From Candidatus Spongiihabitans sp. (GTDB taxonomy: Bacteria > Pseudomonadota > Gammaproteobacteria > Arenicellales > Poriferihabitantaceae): a stretch of DNA of 64,000 nucleotides. A model generated the notes under the pieces. That model was given only the letters and a program-made list of their open reading frames with translations. It did no database searches and was not told where the DNA came from. The translations under genes and the position numbers were made by a program. Below, one piece after another: positions 19,796-28,565 of the stretch (position 1 is its first letter; the number at the start of each line of letters is the position of its first letter). The stretch is from contig OZ253452.1 of the NCBI GenBank assembly GCA_965261425.1, forward strand, positions 2,275,892 through 2,339,891, written 5' to 3'.

Positions 19796-19831
19796 TCAGA
19801 GCAAATGTGCAGTGTTTTTGAATGGAATGCT
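19764..19831 (+). repeat. Left copy of the 68-bp target-site duplication of the IS1634-family element
   Basis: Identical to 21719-21786. It includes the last 32 nt of the PLC/ricin CDS. Confidence 0.9.
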
Positions 19832-21718
19832 CCTGACTTCGACGGTTGGCTCCATGCAGATCGCCCACAGCCCAATAAACATGCGGGGGTGGTAGAGAAG
19901 TTGGTTTGTAGTGCCTATTTAAATATTTGTGTTGACTTCGGTGATCGAATGGTATAGACTCACCCCATGTTCGTTCGCGTTAAATCTACACCCAATAGCC
20001 CAAGACAATCGGTTCAGATTGTTTCATCTGTGCGCGTCGGCGATAAGGTCAAGCAAAAGATTGTCCGTTATATCGGCATTGCCATGGATGACGATGAGTT
20101 AGTGCGATTGAAAGAGCTGGCCGAAGTCGTCAAGGCGAAGCTTGAAGCCCAGCATCAGCCCAGCCTGTTTCCGCCTGAGACGGTTGCCAAACAGATGATT
20201 GAAGCGAAAGCAGCCAAAGCGTCTAAAGCCACCTTGAATGTTGATCTGAGGCAGATGGTGGAAGAACAGCGGGTGGTGCTGGGCATCCATGAAGTGTATG
20301 GCGAGGTCTATCGCCAGTTATCATTCGATACCCTGTTGTCGCAGAGGCGGTATCGTGCTTCCCATGAAGCCCTGTTCCATTGCGTGATGGCACGCATTGC
20401 TAACCCTAAAAGCAAGCGCGGCAGCGTGCAGCACTTGGAGCAGGACTTTGGCGTTTCTTTGTCCTTAGAGAAAGTTTATCGGATGATGGATCAGCTTGAC
20501 GATAACACCATCAGCCGGCTGCAAACGATGACCTGTGAAGGTACGCGATCCTTGTTGCCTGGTGCCCTGGATGTGTTGTTTTTTGATTGTACGACGCTCT
20601 ATTTTGAGTCTTTCAAGGAAGACGAATTAAAACAAAATGGCTACAGCAAGGACTGTAAATTTAATCAGCCGCAAGTATTGCTGGCTTTGCTGGTCACCCG
20701 CGAAGGTCTGCCGGTCGGCTACGAAGTGTTCCCCGGTGCTACTTTCGAGGGCCATAGCCTAATCAGCGTTTTGAAGACGATGCAAGCGCGCTATGATGTT
20801 AGGAAAATGATCTTTGTCGCTGATCGGGGCATGCTTAATGAAGACAATCTGCATGCCCTGGATGAGGCGGGCGCTTATTACATTGTTGGGGCGAAACTAA
20901 AACAATTGCCAAGTGCACTACAAACCAAAGTATTGGATAAATCAGCTTATCAGGCGCTCGATAAAGGCGCATCAAGCGCAGCCGAGCTGACGCACAAGAA
21001 GAGACGACTCATTGTCTCACATTGTCCAAAGCGTGCGGATAAAGATCAACATGACCGACAAAAGGCAGTCGATCGGCTCATCAAGAAAATCGGTAAAAGC
21101 CAGAATCCCAAGGACTTATTAAATAACTACGGCTATAAAAAATTTCTGATTATCAAGGGAAAGACTAGCCTGAGTATCAACCAAGATAAAATTGCTGCCG
21201 AAAGCCGCTGGGACGGACTGCATGGTGTCATCACCAATTTGCCCGATACGCCGCATCAGGAAGTGCTATCACACTATCGCGGCTTATGGCAGGTCGAGGA
21301 GAGTTTTCGAATCACTAAACATGACTTGAAAGTACGGCCTATCTACCACTGGACACCCTCAAGAGTGCGTGCCCACATTGCCATTTCGTTCATGGCTTTT
21401 GCCTGCATCAGACAGCTAATGTATCGAATCAAGCTACAACACAAAGCCTTATCCCCTGAGGTTATCCGTAATGCCTTGATTCATGTGCAACATAGTGTAT
21501 TCAAACACAAGCGCACCAAGAAAAGCTATGTCATGCCTTCTCAAATCAATCCAGAGGCAAAAAAAATCTATGCTGTGATGGGATTAAAAGCGACCACCAC
21601 AGCTTACCCACTGTACTAATTGACATAATCCTTCAATATCTAGGCATTTGTAGTGCCTAGGTATTTTTGTGTTTCTTTATAAATCAATAGTTTATGAATA
21701 TGAACCGTCGAAGTCAGG
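19832..21718 (+). mobile_element. IS1634-family (IS4-related) insertion sequence, 1887 bp, apparently intact
   Basis: It has perfect 16-bp terminal inverted repeats: CCTGACTTCGACGGTT at 19832-19847, and its complement at 21703-21718. It carries a single 550-aa transposase ORF and is flanked by a 68-bp direct repeat. Confidence 0.85.
19967..21619 (+). CDS. IS1634-family DDE transposase
   Basis: The N-terminus MFVRVKSTPNSPRQSVQIVSSVRVGDKVKQKIVRYIG and the ~550-aa size match the IS1634 group pattern. The DDE region includes FVADRGM and YRGLWQVEESFRITK. Confidence 0.8.
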   Translation: MFVRVKSTPNSPRQSVQIVSSVRVGDKVKQKIVRYIGIAMDDDELVRLKELAEVVKAKLEAQHQPSLFPPETVAKQMIEAKAAKASKATLNVDLRQMVEEQRVVLGIHEVYGEVYRQLSFDTLLSQRRYRASHEALFHCVMARIANPKSKRGSVQHLEQDFGVSLSLEKVYRMMDQLDDNTISRLQTMTCEGTRSLLPGALDVLFFDCTTLYFESFKEDELKQNGYSKDCKFNQPQVLLALLVTREGLPVGYEVFPGATFEGHSLISVLKTMQARYDVRKMIFVADRGMLNEDNLHALDEAGAYYIVGAKLKQLPSALQTKVLDKSAYQALDKGASSAAELTHKKRRLIVSHCPKRADKDQHDRQKAVDRLIKKIGKSQNPKDLLNNYGYKKFLIIKGKTSLSINQDKIAAESRWDGLHGVITNLPDTPHQEVLSHYRGLWQVEESFRITKHDLKVRPIYHWTPSRVRAHIAISFMAFACIRQLMYRIKLQHKALSPEVIRNALIHVQHSVFKHKRTKKSYVMPSQINPEAKKIYAVMGLKATTTAYPLY

Positions 21719-21786
21719 ATGAAGATTGGCCAAATGACGTTAAATGGTAATCAGAGCAAATGTGCAGTGTTTTTGAATGGAATGCT
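21719..21786 (+). repeat. Right copy of the 68-bp target-site duplication
   Basis: Identical to 19764-19831. Confidence 0.9.
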
Positions 21787-21873
21787 TGTCGCCCCTATAA
21801 GGCGTGGTTGATAGGGACCAAACTCGTTAACTCCTTTGAGTGATAGGCGTTTATACATTTTAAGGGCTGGGTA

Positions 21874-22692
21874 TTATTTAATCCCGCCACTAAATCCTCG
21901 AGTTAATCCTTTTTGCACGAAACCCACTATTGCAAGAATGGGTAGTGACGCGATGAGGCCGACGGCGGCAAGTTGCCCCCAAAATGTTTCGTCTTCGGTA
22001 ATCAAAGTGGCAATAAATGTGGGAAGCGTAAATTTGTCTGGGGATTGAATAAATAGAAGAGCGTAGGCAAATTCATTCCAGCTAAGAATACCAACAAACA
22101 CCGACGTTGCGATAATCCCTGGCATCATGAGTGGAAGGATAATTGACCTTAGTCGTCTAACTAGGGAAGCCCCGTCAACAAGCGCGGCCTCTTCATATTC
22201 AACGGGGACATCGCGAACGAACCCTAAAAGCATCCAAATCGCAAATGGTAAGGCATAAACTTGATAAACGAGGATTAGTCCGGCCAATGTATCGAGTAAC
22301 CCCAGCGACCGTAGCACTTGATACAGGGGAATTGCCAGTGAGATGGGGGGCGTTAATTTTACCAAGAGGACAAATATCAAGAAGCTCATGTCAAATCTTG
22401 CCGGTAGTTTGACACGCACCAAGGCATAAGCCGCTGGGAAGGCTGCTGTCAATGCGAGGAGCGTCGTGCCAATCGCAACAATAGTGCTATTGAGTGCTTT
22501 TTGCCAAAGGTTGTCGCTCAAAAGGTCGCGGTAGTGGTCAAGCGTAACATTGGAGGGGATTAGCGAAATGGACGAGGAAATATAGTCAATCGGAGGACGA
22601 AGCGAAGTTGTCACCATCCAAATGATTGGAACGAGCATCAATGCCGTCAAAGTGTATGTTGCGATGACTCGGGGACGCGGAATGAATTTCAC
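21874..22692 (-). CDS. Carbohydrate ABC transporter permease (MalG/UgpE-like)
   Basis: 272 aa with the EAA loop YEEAALVDGASLVRRLRSIILPLMMPG. Confidence 0.85.
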   Translation of the reverse strand: MKFIPRPRVIATYTLTALMLVPIIWMVTTSLRPPIDYISSSISLIPSNVTLDHYRDLLSDNLWQKALNSTIVAIGTTLLALTAAFPAAYALVRVKLPARFDMSFLIFVLLVKLTPPISLAIPLYQVLRSLGLLDTLAGLILVYQVYALPFAIWMLLGFVRDVPVEYEEAALVDGASLVRRLRSIILPLMMPGIIATSVFVGILSWNEFAYALLFIQSPDKFTLPTFIATLITEDETFWGQLAAVGLIASLPILAIVGFVQKGLTRGFSGGIK

Positions 22693-22695
22693 AGC

Positions 22696-23562
22696 TTATG
22701 TCTTCTCACGCATGAGACGTATCGCGTAGAGTATCGCAAGCGCACCAGCAATTACGACCATGATTATTGCGGCTGCAGATGCTGCACCTACATCGAAGAA
22801 CCGGAACCCGAGTCGATAGACATACATTGACAGGGTTTCCGTCGCTAAGCCTGGACCACCACCAGTCAGGGCAAACACTTTGTCGAATATTTTGAAGGCA
22901 TCAACGCTGCGTAAAAGAGCGGCTAGAAAAATGTAGGGCATCAACAATGGCAGTGTGATAAATCGGAAAACATACATAGGACCTGCGCCATCAATACTTA
23001 CGGCCTCGTAAATTTCATCCGGAACGGCTTGAAGCCCTGCGAGTAATATCAAAAAGGTGAGAGGGGTGGTTTGCCAAGTATCAACCAAAACGAGAGAATA
23101 CATTGCGATATCTGGATTAAACAGCCACTCAATAGGTGACAAGTTCAAAAAACGTAACAAATTATTAAGAAATCCAAAATCGTAGTGAAACCATACCCGC
23201 CAAATTGCCGTGACGACCATTGTGGACAGGACATATGGAGTCAGCAACGCAGGCACAATAAACCGATTTCCCGGAATTTTTCCATTCACAAGGAGAGCGA
23301 GGATTAAACCGAAGCCTACTTCACAGGTCGTAGCTAGGATTGCAAATACGAGAGTATTCCATGCCGCTGTCTGAAAAAACCGATGTGCAAGTAGCTCGGT
23401 ATAATTTTCTGTGCCGACATAGGTTGCGCCTTCAAAGCCATAGTCCGTGGCATAAAAAGAAAGCGCGAATACGCGCAACAAGGGATAAATTGTAAGGGCA
23501 AGGAACAAAACAGCTGCCGGCGTAAGCAGCAATAGCCCGACAGTTGACTTTCCCTTGAACAT
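22696..23562 (-). CDS. Carbohydrate ABC transporter permease (MalF/UgpA-like)
   Basis: 288 aa with the EAA loop IYEAVSIDGAGPMYVFRFITLPLLMP. Confidence 0.85.
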   Translation of the reverse strand: MFKGKSTVGLLLLTPAAVLFLALTIYPLLRVFALSFYATDYGFEGATYVGTENYTELLAHRFFQTAAWNTLVFAILATTCEVGFGLILALLVNGKIPGNRFIVPALLTPYVLSTMVVTAIWRVWFHYDFGFLNNLLRFLNLSPIEWLFNPDIAMYSLVLVDTWQTTPLTFLILLAGLQAVPDEIYEAVSIDGAGPMYVFRFITLPLLMPYIFLAALLRSVDAFKIFDKVFALTGGGPGLATETLSMYVYRLGFRFFDVGAASAAAIIMVVIAGALAILYAIRLMREKT

Positions 23563-23638
23563 GGCGATTCAATTACTATGATGTCTGCGCCCGAACAATG
23601 GACGCAGACCAATTTAACCTCTTGGATAACCCCTTATT

Positions 23639-24859
23639 TTATCGCTTCAGGGCTTTGCTAATTTGAGTGTTTGCCTCTGACAGAGCATCTTCCGGGCTTA
23701 TTTCACCGATAAGGGCCAGCTGCAAATAGTCACCAAGAATAGCCTCAACCTTTGACCATTGCTTAATACGGGGACGTGGAGTAGCCTGTTTCAATGCCGC
23801 CAATTGGTTTGGATACCAACGATATTTTTCAACAACATCAACATCCTGATAGACGCTTTCACGGGTGGGAGGTTGCCCGATGTCAAGTGCAAGTTTCTTC
23901 TGGAATTTTGCAGAAGTTATAAAATTGATGAATGCGCGTCCGCGTTCGGGGTTTGGTGCATCCACAGGAACAGCCAGTAGCCATGCCCCAAGCATTGGAC
24001 TGGATCCAACATTTTGCCCAGGTGCGGCAATAACCTCGATAAGACCAGGTACACTTGACTTTTTCGGGTCGTCCAAAGAGGGAGCCCAAGATGGCCAAAG
24101 TTCAATAGACATAGCCGTTGTACCCTTGGTTAGCGCATCACGAACTTCTGATGAGTTATAGGTTTCCACGCCTTTTGGCGCGTACTTCTTTAGCTCCAGA
24201 TAAAGTTTAAGTGCATCAAGGGCATTCGAGTCATTCAGAGCCGCGCTACCATCTGTACCTACAACTTTAGCCCCATGCGCCCAAAGAATGGGCAAGAAAC
24301 CCGTTACGATTGGGTTTGCTTTAGTTCCCCGAAAGACCACACCTGATACGCCATCAACATCGCTTGAAATCCTGCGTGCTGCCGTGACAACATCAGTCCA
24401 TGTTTCTGGTTTATCCATCAAATCTGAGCGATATGCAAAAAGCTCGACGTTTCCGACAAAAGGGATTGCATAAAGTGTGCCGTTACCAACAGGATAGCGG
24501 GATACATCAACGGTAGCACGGATGAAGTCTTTATCGATTCCACCGCCTAATTTATCAAGGTCTGACAACCAGCCACGTGACATGAACTCAGTCGCCCAAG
24601 TGTCATCCAGCATGATAACGTCGTAGGCAGCCGCATTTTCTCGCATCCCGATGACGACTTTTTCCAGCAAGCCACCGTAAGGAAGCTCCAGTCGGTCAAT
24701 ATTAAGCTCAGGGTTTTCAGCTTGGTAGGACTTAACAGCTACGGACAAGGCTTTTGCATAACCACCATCGCGACCAGCGATTACGAGGTTTTCTGAAAAC
24801 GCATCTGTCGCTGACACCAGTAATGCGATGCTTGTAAGTAATATCTTTAGTTTTTTCAT
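23639..24859 (-). CDS. Extracellular solute-binding protein, family 1 (sugar / glycerophosphodiester type)
   Basis: The start is taken at MKKLKILLTSIALLVSATDAFS (ATG 24859, AAGGAG RBS). The listed ORF start at 24931 lacks a signal peptide. Confidence 0.8.
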   Translation of the reverse strand: MKKLKILLTSIALLVSATDAFSENLVIAGRDGGYAKALSVAVKSYQAENPELNIDRLELPYGGLLEKVVIGMRENAAAYDVIMLDDTWATEFMSRGWLSDLDKLGGGIDKDFIRATVDVSRYPVGNGTLYAIPFVGNVELFAYRSDLMDKPETWTDVVTAARRISSDVDGVSGVVFRGTKANPIVTGFLPILWAHGAKVVGTDGSAALNDSNALDALKLYLELKKYAPKGVETYNSSEVRDALTKGTTAMSIELWPSWAPSLDDPKKSSVPGLIEVIAAPGQNVGSSPMLGAWLLAVPVDAPNPERGRAFINFITSAKFQKKLALDIGQPPTRESVYQDVDVVEKYRWYPNQLAALKQATPRPRIKQWSKVEAILGDYLQLALIGEISPEDALSEANTQISKALKR

Positions 24860-25002
24860 ATCATTTCTCCTTAAGGTTGCGAATGTTGTAAAAATCACGC
24901 CAGTTAACCTGTCATTAATGATTACGAACACAATGATAAATCGTTTTCATAAATTATACAACATATATCTGATATAATGTTACAAGAAGCTATAAATATA
25001 CT

Positions 25003-25016
25003 TGAAAACGGTTTCA
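25003..25016. promoter_or_regulatory. Candidate LacI/GalR-family operator in the divergent promoter region
   Basis: TGAAAACGGTTTCA fits the family consensus TGnAAnCGnTTnCA at every constrained position. A TATAAT hexamer lies at 24974-24979. A weaker half-palindrome, TGATAAATCGTTTTCA, lies at 24934-24949. Confidence 0.5.
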
Positions 25017-25036
25017 TTAAATGCGATAAGAGTACC

Positions 25037-26068
25037 ATGAAAAGAACAACCATTAAAGATGTAGCTAAAGCTAGTGGGGTGTCGCCAGCGACAGTTAGCA
25101 GAGTTTTATCAGGCACAGTTTCCGTTTCTGACGATATTGCTAATCGTGTCAAAGAGACTGTGACCGGATTAGGGTATCGACCCAGTGTTATGGCACGTAG
25201 CCTAACAAGCGCACGAACGGGATTGGTCGCTTTGGTTGTTGGCTCTTTGCGGAACCCCTTCGACGCTGAACTGGTGCAACGCCTGTCGGAGAACATCTAT
25301 GCATCAGGAAAGCGGCTCTTGATGATTCCTGCCGATTATGGAGGGAATGACCCGGCCGCCATAGTGGCACTCGACTATCAAACTGACGGGGTCATTGTTG
25401 TGGCAGGACATATTTCTAAGGAAGCGGGCGAACGTTTTTCGAAGCTCGGAGTTCCTGTTATACTGTTTGGACGCGAATTCAACGCCTCTGGGGTTGATTG
25501 CGTCGTGGCGGACAATATTGCGGGGGCATACAGTGCAGGGAGATTATTTTCTCAATCTGGGGTAAAGCATGTCGCATTTATTCGCCACAAACGGAGTACT
25601 TTCTCGGACGATGAAAGATATGCTGGGCTGATCAAAGGGCTGGGAGAAGGTATTGGCTACAGTTCTATTAGTTGCAAAACTCGCGATGCTCGGGATGTGG
25701 TCTTAGCCCTTTTGTCTCGGGATGATCGTCCGGATGCAATATTAGGGGCCAATGACGTACTCGCATTTGGGGCGATTGAGGCAGCAGCAATTCTTGGTTT
25801 GCGGGTGCCAGATGAACTTAGTGTAATAGGTTTTGATGATATACCAGCGGCATCGTCTCCATTTTTCAATCTTACGACTTTAAGACAGTCGACGAGCCAT
25901 ATTTCAGATTGGATTGTTAGTCGACTTGAAGCACGTATGGCACAGCCCGAAATTTCGATTACCATTTTTCGTGTCCCAGTGCAGATAATAATACGTCGTT
26001 CGACAGTATTTCACGCTTCCTTGCTAGCGAATGGTTTTCAAATGACTCCCAAAGGAATTCAGCAATGA
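25037..26068 (+). CDS. LacI-family transcriptional regulator
   Basis: The start is taken at MKRTTIKDVAKASGVSPATVSRVLSG (HTH). A periplasmic-binding-like effector domain follows. The stop overlaps the next start (ATGA). Confidence 0.9.
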   Translation: MKRTTIKDVAKASGVSPATVSRVLSGTVSVSDDIANRVKETVTGLGYRPSVMARSLTSARTGLVALVVGSLRNPFDAELVQRLSENIYASGKRLLMIPADYGGNDPAAIVALDYQTDGVIVVAGHISKEAGERFSKLGVPVILFGREFNASGVDCVVADNIAGAYSAGRLFSQSGVKHVAFIRHKRSTFSDDERYAGLIKGLGEGIGYSSISCKTRDARDVVLALLSRDDRPDAILGANDVLAFGAIEAAAILGLRVPDELSVIGFDDIPAASSPFFNLTTLRQSTSHISDWIVSRLEARMAQPEISITIFRVPVQIIIRRSTVFHASLLANGFQMTPKGIQQ

Positions 26069-27099
26069 AATCAGAGACTATGATTGATCTCGTCAGTATT
26101 GGCAAGAACTATGGTGACTTCAACGTCATTGAAAGTATATCGCTTTCTATCTCAAAGGGAGAGTTTGTCGTTTTGGTTGGTCCATCCGGCTCGGGAAAGT
26201 CCACACTTCTTCGCATGATTGCAGGTCTCGAAGAGATTTCTTCCGGAGAATGTTGGATTAACGGTAACATGGTGAACCATTTGGCCCCCAAGCAACGTGG
26301 CATTGCTATGGTGTTTCAGAATTACGCGCTTTATCCCCATATGACCGTATACGACAACCTTGCTTTTGCCTTGAAAGTTCAAGGGTTAAAGTCGAAGGAA
26401 ATTAACCACCGCGTTCTGGAAATAGCCAGGATTGTACAATTGGGTGATTATCTCAAACGCAAACCAGCACAACTTTCGGGTGGGCAGCGCCAACGTGTCG
26501 CAATGGCACGGGCAATGGTCCGTGACACCAGACTCTTTCTTTTTGACGAACCGTTATCAAATCTTGATGCACAGCTTCGAACACAAATGAGGGTCGAAAT
26601 CAGAAAGCTTCATAACGAGCTCAATGCGACTTCGATCTATGTTACGCATGATCAGACAGAGGCGATGACACTTGCAGATCGCATTGTAGTTCTTGATGGC
26701 GGGCAGATTGAACAGGTTGGGATACCCGAAGAGCTTTACGAGAACCCGATAACAAAGTTTGTAGCGGGGTTTTTAGGTGCCCCGCCGATGAACTTTTTGT
26801 CTGGAAGCAGTGTAGGAGTAAATTCTGCGCTGACAGTTGGTGTTAGACCTGAAAAACTCAGGCTTGAACACGTCAACGATAGTGATGTGAGTTTCGATGC
26901 CCAGTTAGAATTAGTGGAATACTTAGGCTCGAATGTGCTTTACCACTGTGTCGTGGGTGGTACAGCGGTGGCGGTTGAGAGGACTACGGATGCAAGTACT
27001 AAGCCGAAAAACAGTGATAATTTTAAGCTCTACGCTTCTCCAGAATCTCTCCTGTTTTTTGATGGAAACAAAAGGGTTATGAACGTGTTGCCCACATGA
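26065..27099 (+). CDS. Sugar ABC transporter ATP-binding protein (UgpC/MalK-like)
   Basis: It has Walker [25 protein letters not shown] and LFLFDEPLSNLD motifs, plus a C-terminal MalK-type regulatory domain. Confidence 0.9.
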   Translation: MKSETMIDLVSIGKNYGDFNVIESISLSISKGEFVVLVGPSGSGKSTLLRMIAGLEEISSGECWINGNMVNHLAPKQRGIAMVFQNYALYPHMTVYDNLAFALKVQGLKSKEINHRVLEIARIVQLGDYLKRKPAQLSGGQRQRVAMARAMVRDTRLFLFDEPLSNLDAQLRTQMRVEIRKLHNELNATSIYVTHDQTEAMTLADRIVVLDGGQIEQVGIPEELYENPITKFVAGFLGAPPMNFLSGSSVGVNSALTVGVRPEKLRLEHVNDSDVSFDAQLELVEYLGSNVLYHCVVGGTAVAVERTTDASTKPKNSDNFKLYASPESLLFFDGNKRVMNVLPT

Positions 27100-27869
27100 G
27101 CATGTCAAATCGGGAAATCGCTAATCGACTAAAAGTAATGGTTAAATTAGCTTCGGAGGCTGGGCAACTTGCATTTGATCTGCGAGAAGCAGGAGTTGAT
27201 GTCAAGAACAAAGGTTTGCAGGATTTTGTTACCGATGCCGATATCCAAGTAGAATCGGAAATAGTCCAGAAAATCAGGCAATACTTTCCTGACGATGGTA
27301 TCTTTGCTGAAGAAAACGCCAATACTGTTGTCGCTTCAGGGACTTGGGTTATTGACCCGATAGATGGAACAACCAATTATGCTTCGGGTTCCAATCTTTG
27401 GGCTATCTCTTTGGCATGGATTCGCGAGGGACAAGTTGAATGTGGGGCCATTTTTGCTGCTGATCGGTGCGAAGTGCTGTCAGCTCAACGTAATCAAGGG
27501 GCATTTCTAAACGGTAAACGCCTACTTAGCGATCGCAACTTTAGCAACCTTCATCCCATTTATCTGGGTTGGTCTAACCGAACGGATCACAGCGATTATC
27601 TTGAACTACAAAAACGTATATACCGTGCAGGTTATAGCGATCGAAAACTTGGCTCTGCAGCGATTAGTTTTGCACATGTGGCACGTGGGGATGCGTGCGC
27701 GTTTTTCGAAGCACACTTGAACAGTTGGGATTGCTTAGCAGGACTTATTCTTTGCCAGGAAGTGGGCTGCGAGACTAATATTCAAAACATTGATCTCCGA
27801 AATGGCGGGCGATCAACCGTTATCCATTCGAGTTGTGATGTCGCTATGAAAGCGATTTTTCATGATTAA
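27096..27869 (+). CDS. Inositol monophosphatase family protein
   Basis: Metal-binding motifs are FAEE...WVIDPIDGTTNY and WDCLAG. The start overlaps the ATPase stop (ATGA). Confidence 0.85.
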   Translation: MSMSNREIANRLKVMVKLASEAGQLAFDLREAGVDVKNKGLQDFVTDADIQVESEIVQKIRQYFPDDGIFAEENANTVVASGTWVIDPIDGTTNYASGSNLWAISLAWIREGQVECGAIFAADRCEVLSAQRNQGAFLNGKRLLSDRNFSNLHPIYLGWSNRTDHSDYLELQKRIYRAGYSDRKLGSAAISFAHVARGDACAFFEAHLNSWDCLAGLILCQEVGCETNIQNIDLRNGGRSTVIHSSCDVAMKAIFHD

Positions 27870-27974
27870 GACAACTTCGCTTATAATCAGGGTAGAAAAT
27901 TCTGCAAAGGAAATGTCCAAAGTAAATAGAACTGTCCAGATAATCAACACATAAACGGTCCGTTTTGAATGATG

Positions 27975-28008
27975 CCGGTGGTTGCGATTGATGGTCCCAG
28001 TGGTTCGG
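27975..28008 (+). pseudogene. cmk: Short relic of a second (variant) cmk 5' end
   Basis: CCGGTGGTTGCGATTGATGGTCCCAGTGG is identical to 11573-11601. It is preceded by its own ATGATG, which differs from the resident ATGGCCGTC start. Similarity stops after ~34 nt. Confidence 0.6.
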
Positions 28009-28063
28009 TCAAGTTCTGTTTTGCTCAATGTAATTATCTCCTCTGTCATAACCCCTCCTGAAT

Positions 28064-28122
28064 AAGTCAAAAGGGGACATTTTAGCTTTGGACAAAGGGG
28101 ACATTACTGCTTTGGGCTAACA
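28064..28122 (+). repeat. Junction repeat copy 2, with an internal partial tandem duplication
   Basis: AAGTCAAAAGGGGACATT[ttagctttggacaaaggggacatt]ACTGCTTTGGGCTAACA. It ends exactly at the start of the right 395-bp repeat. Confidence 0.85.
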
Positions 28123-28516
28123 AAGACGATTCAACCAGTTGAGAGTCAATGGTTTTGATGTTAGTATCACACGGCTTTTTAAGGAGATTTGTGAACGCGA
28201 TGCGCGTGATGCGGGTCGGGCGGTTTCACCGTTGCGACCTGCTGAGGATGCGATTCTGTTGGATACCACCAATCTGGACATTGAGGAAGTGGTGGCAGAA
28301 GTGATGACTCGGGTCAGAAAACGTCTTGTCAGTGGTTGATTCTGGCTTGTGTCGGGGTTTTATGGATAGGGCTTATGGGTAATATTGAACGCGACAATGT
28401 TCTGAAATTGGAGACAAAAAGCATAAGGTGAATGATTTGTACTATGCGGATAGCGCAGATTATTTGAATTTTAACGATATTTTATTTTACATACCTGATT
28501 TTGATTGCTCTTTGAT
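28122..28516 (+). repeat. Right copy of the 395-bp direct repeat; contains a non-functional cmk 3' remnant (28122-28339) and the native rpsA upstream region
   Basis: Identical to 12012-12406. The listed 66-aa ORF 28139-28339 is the Cmk C-terminus. Confidence 0.9.
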
Positions 28517-28565
28517 CGCTCAATGTGTGCGGATACGACAGAGTTGAAACAGGTTAATGATTATT

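Noticed and set aside
27813-28070. 85-aa minus-strand ORF at the island's right edge
   Set aside because: It overlaps the phosphatase 3' end, the cmk 5' relic and the junction repeat. It has no RBS or recognisable domain.
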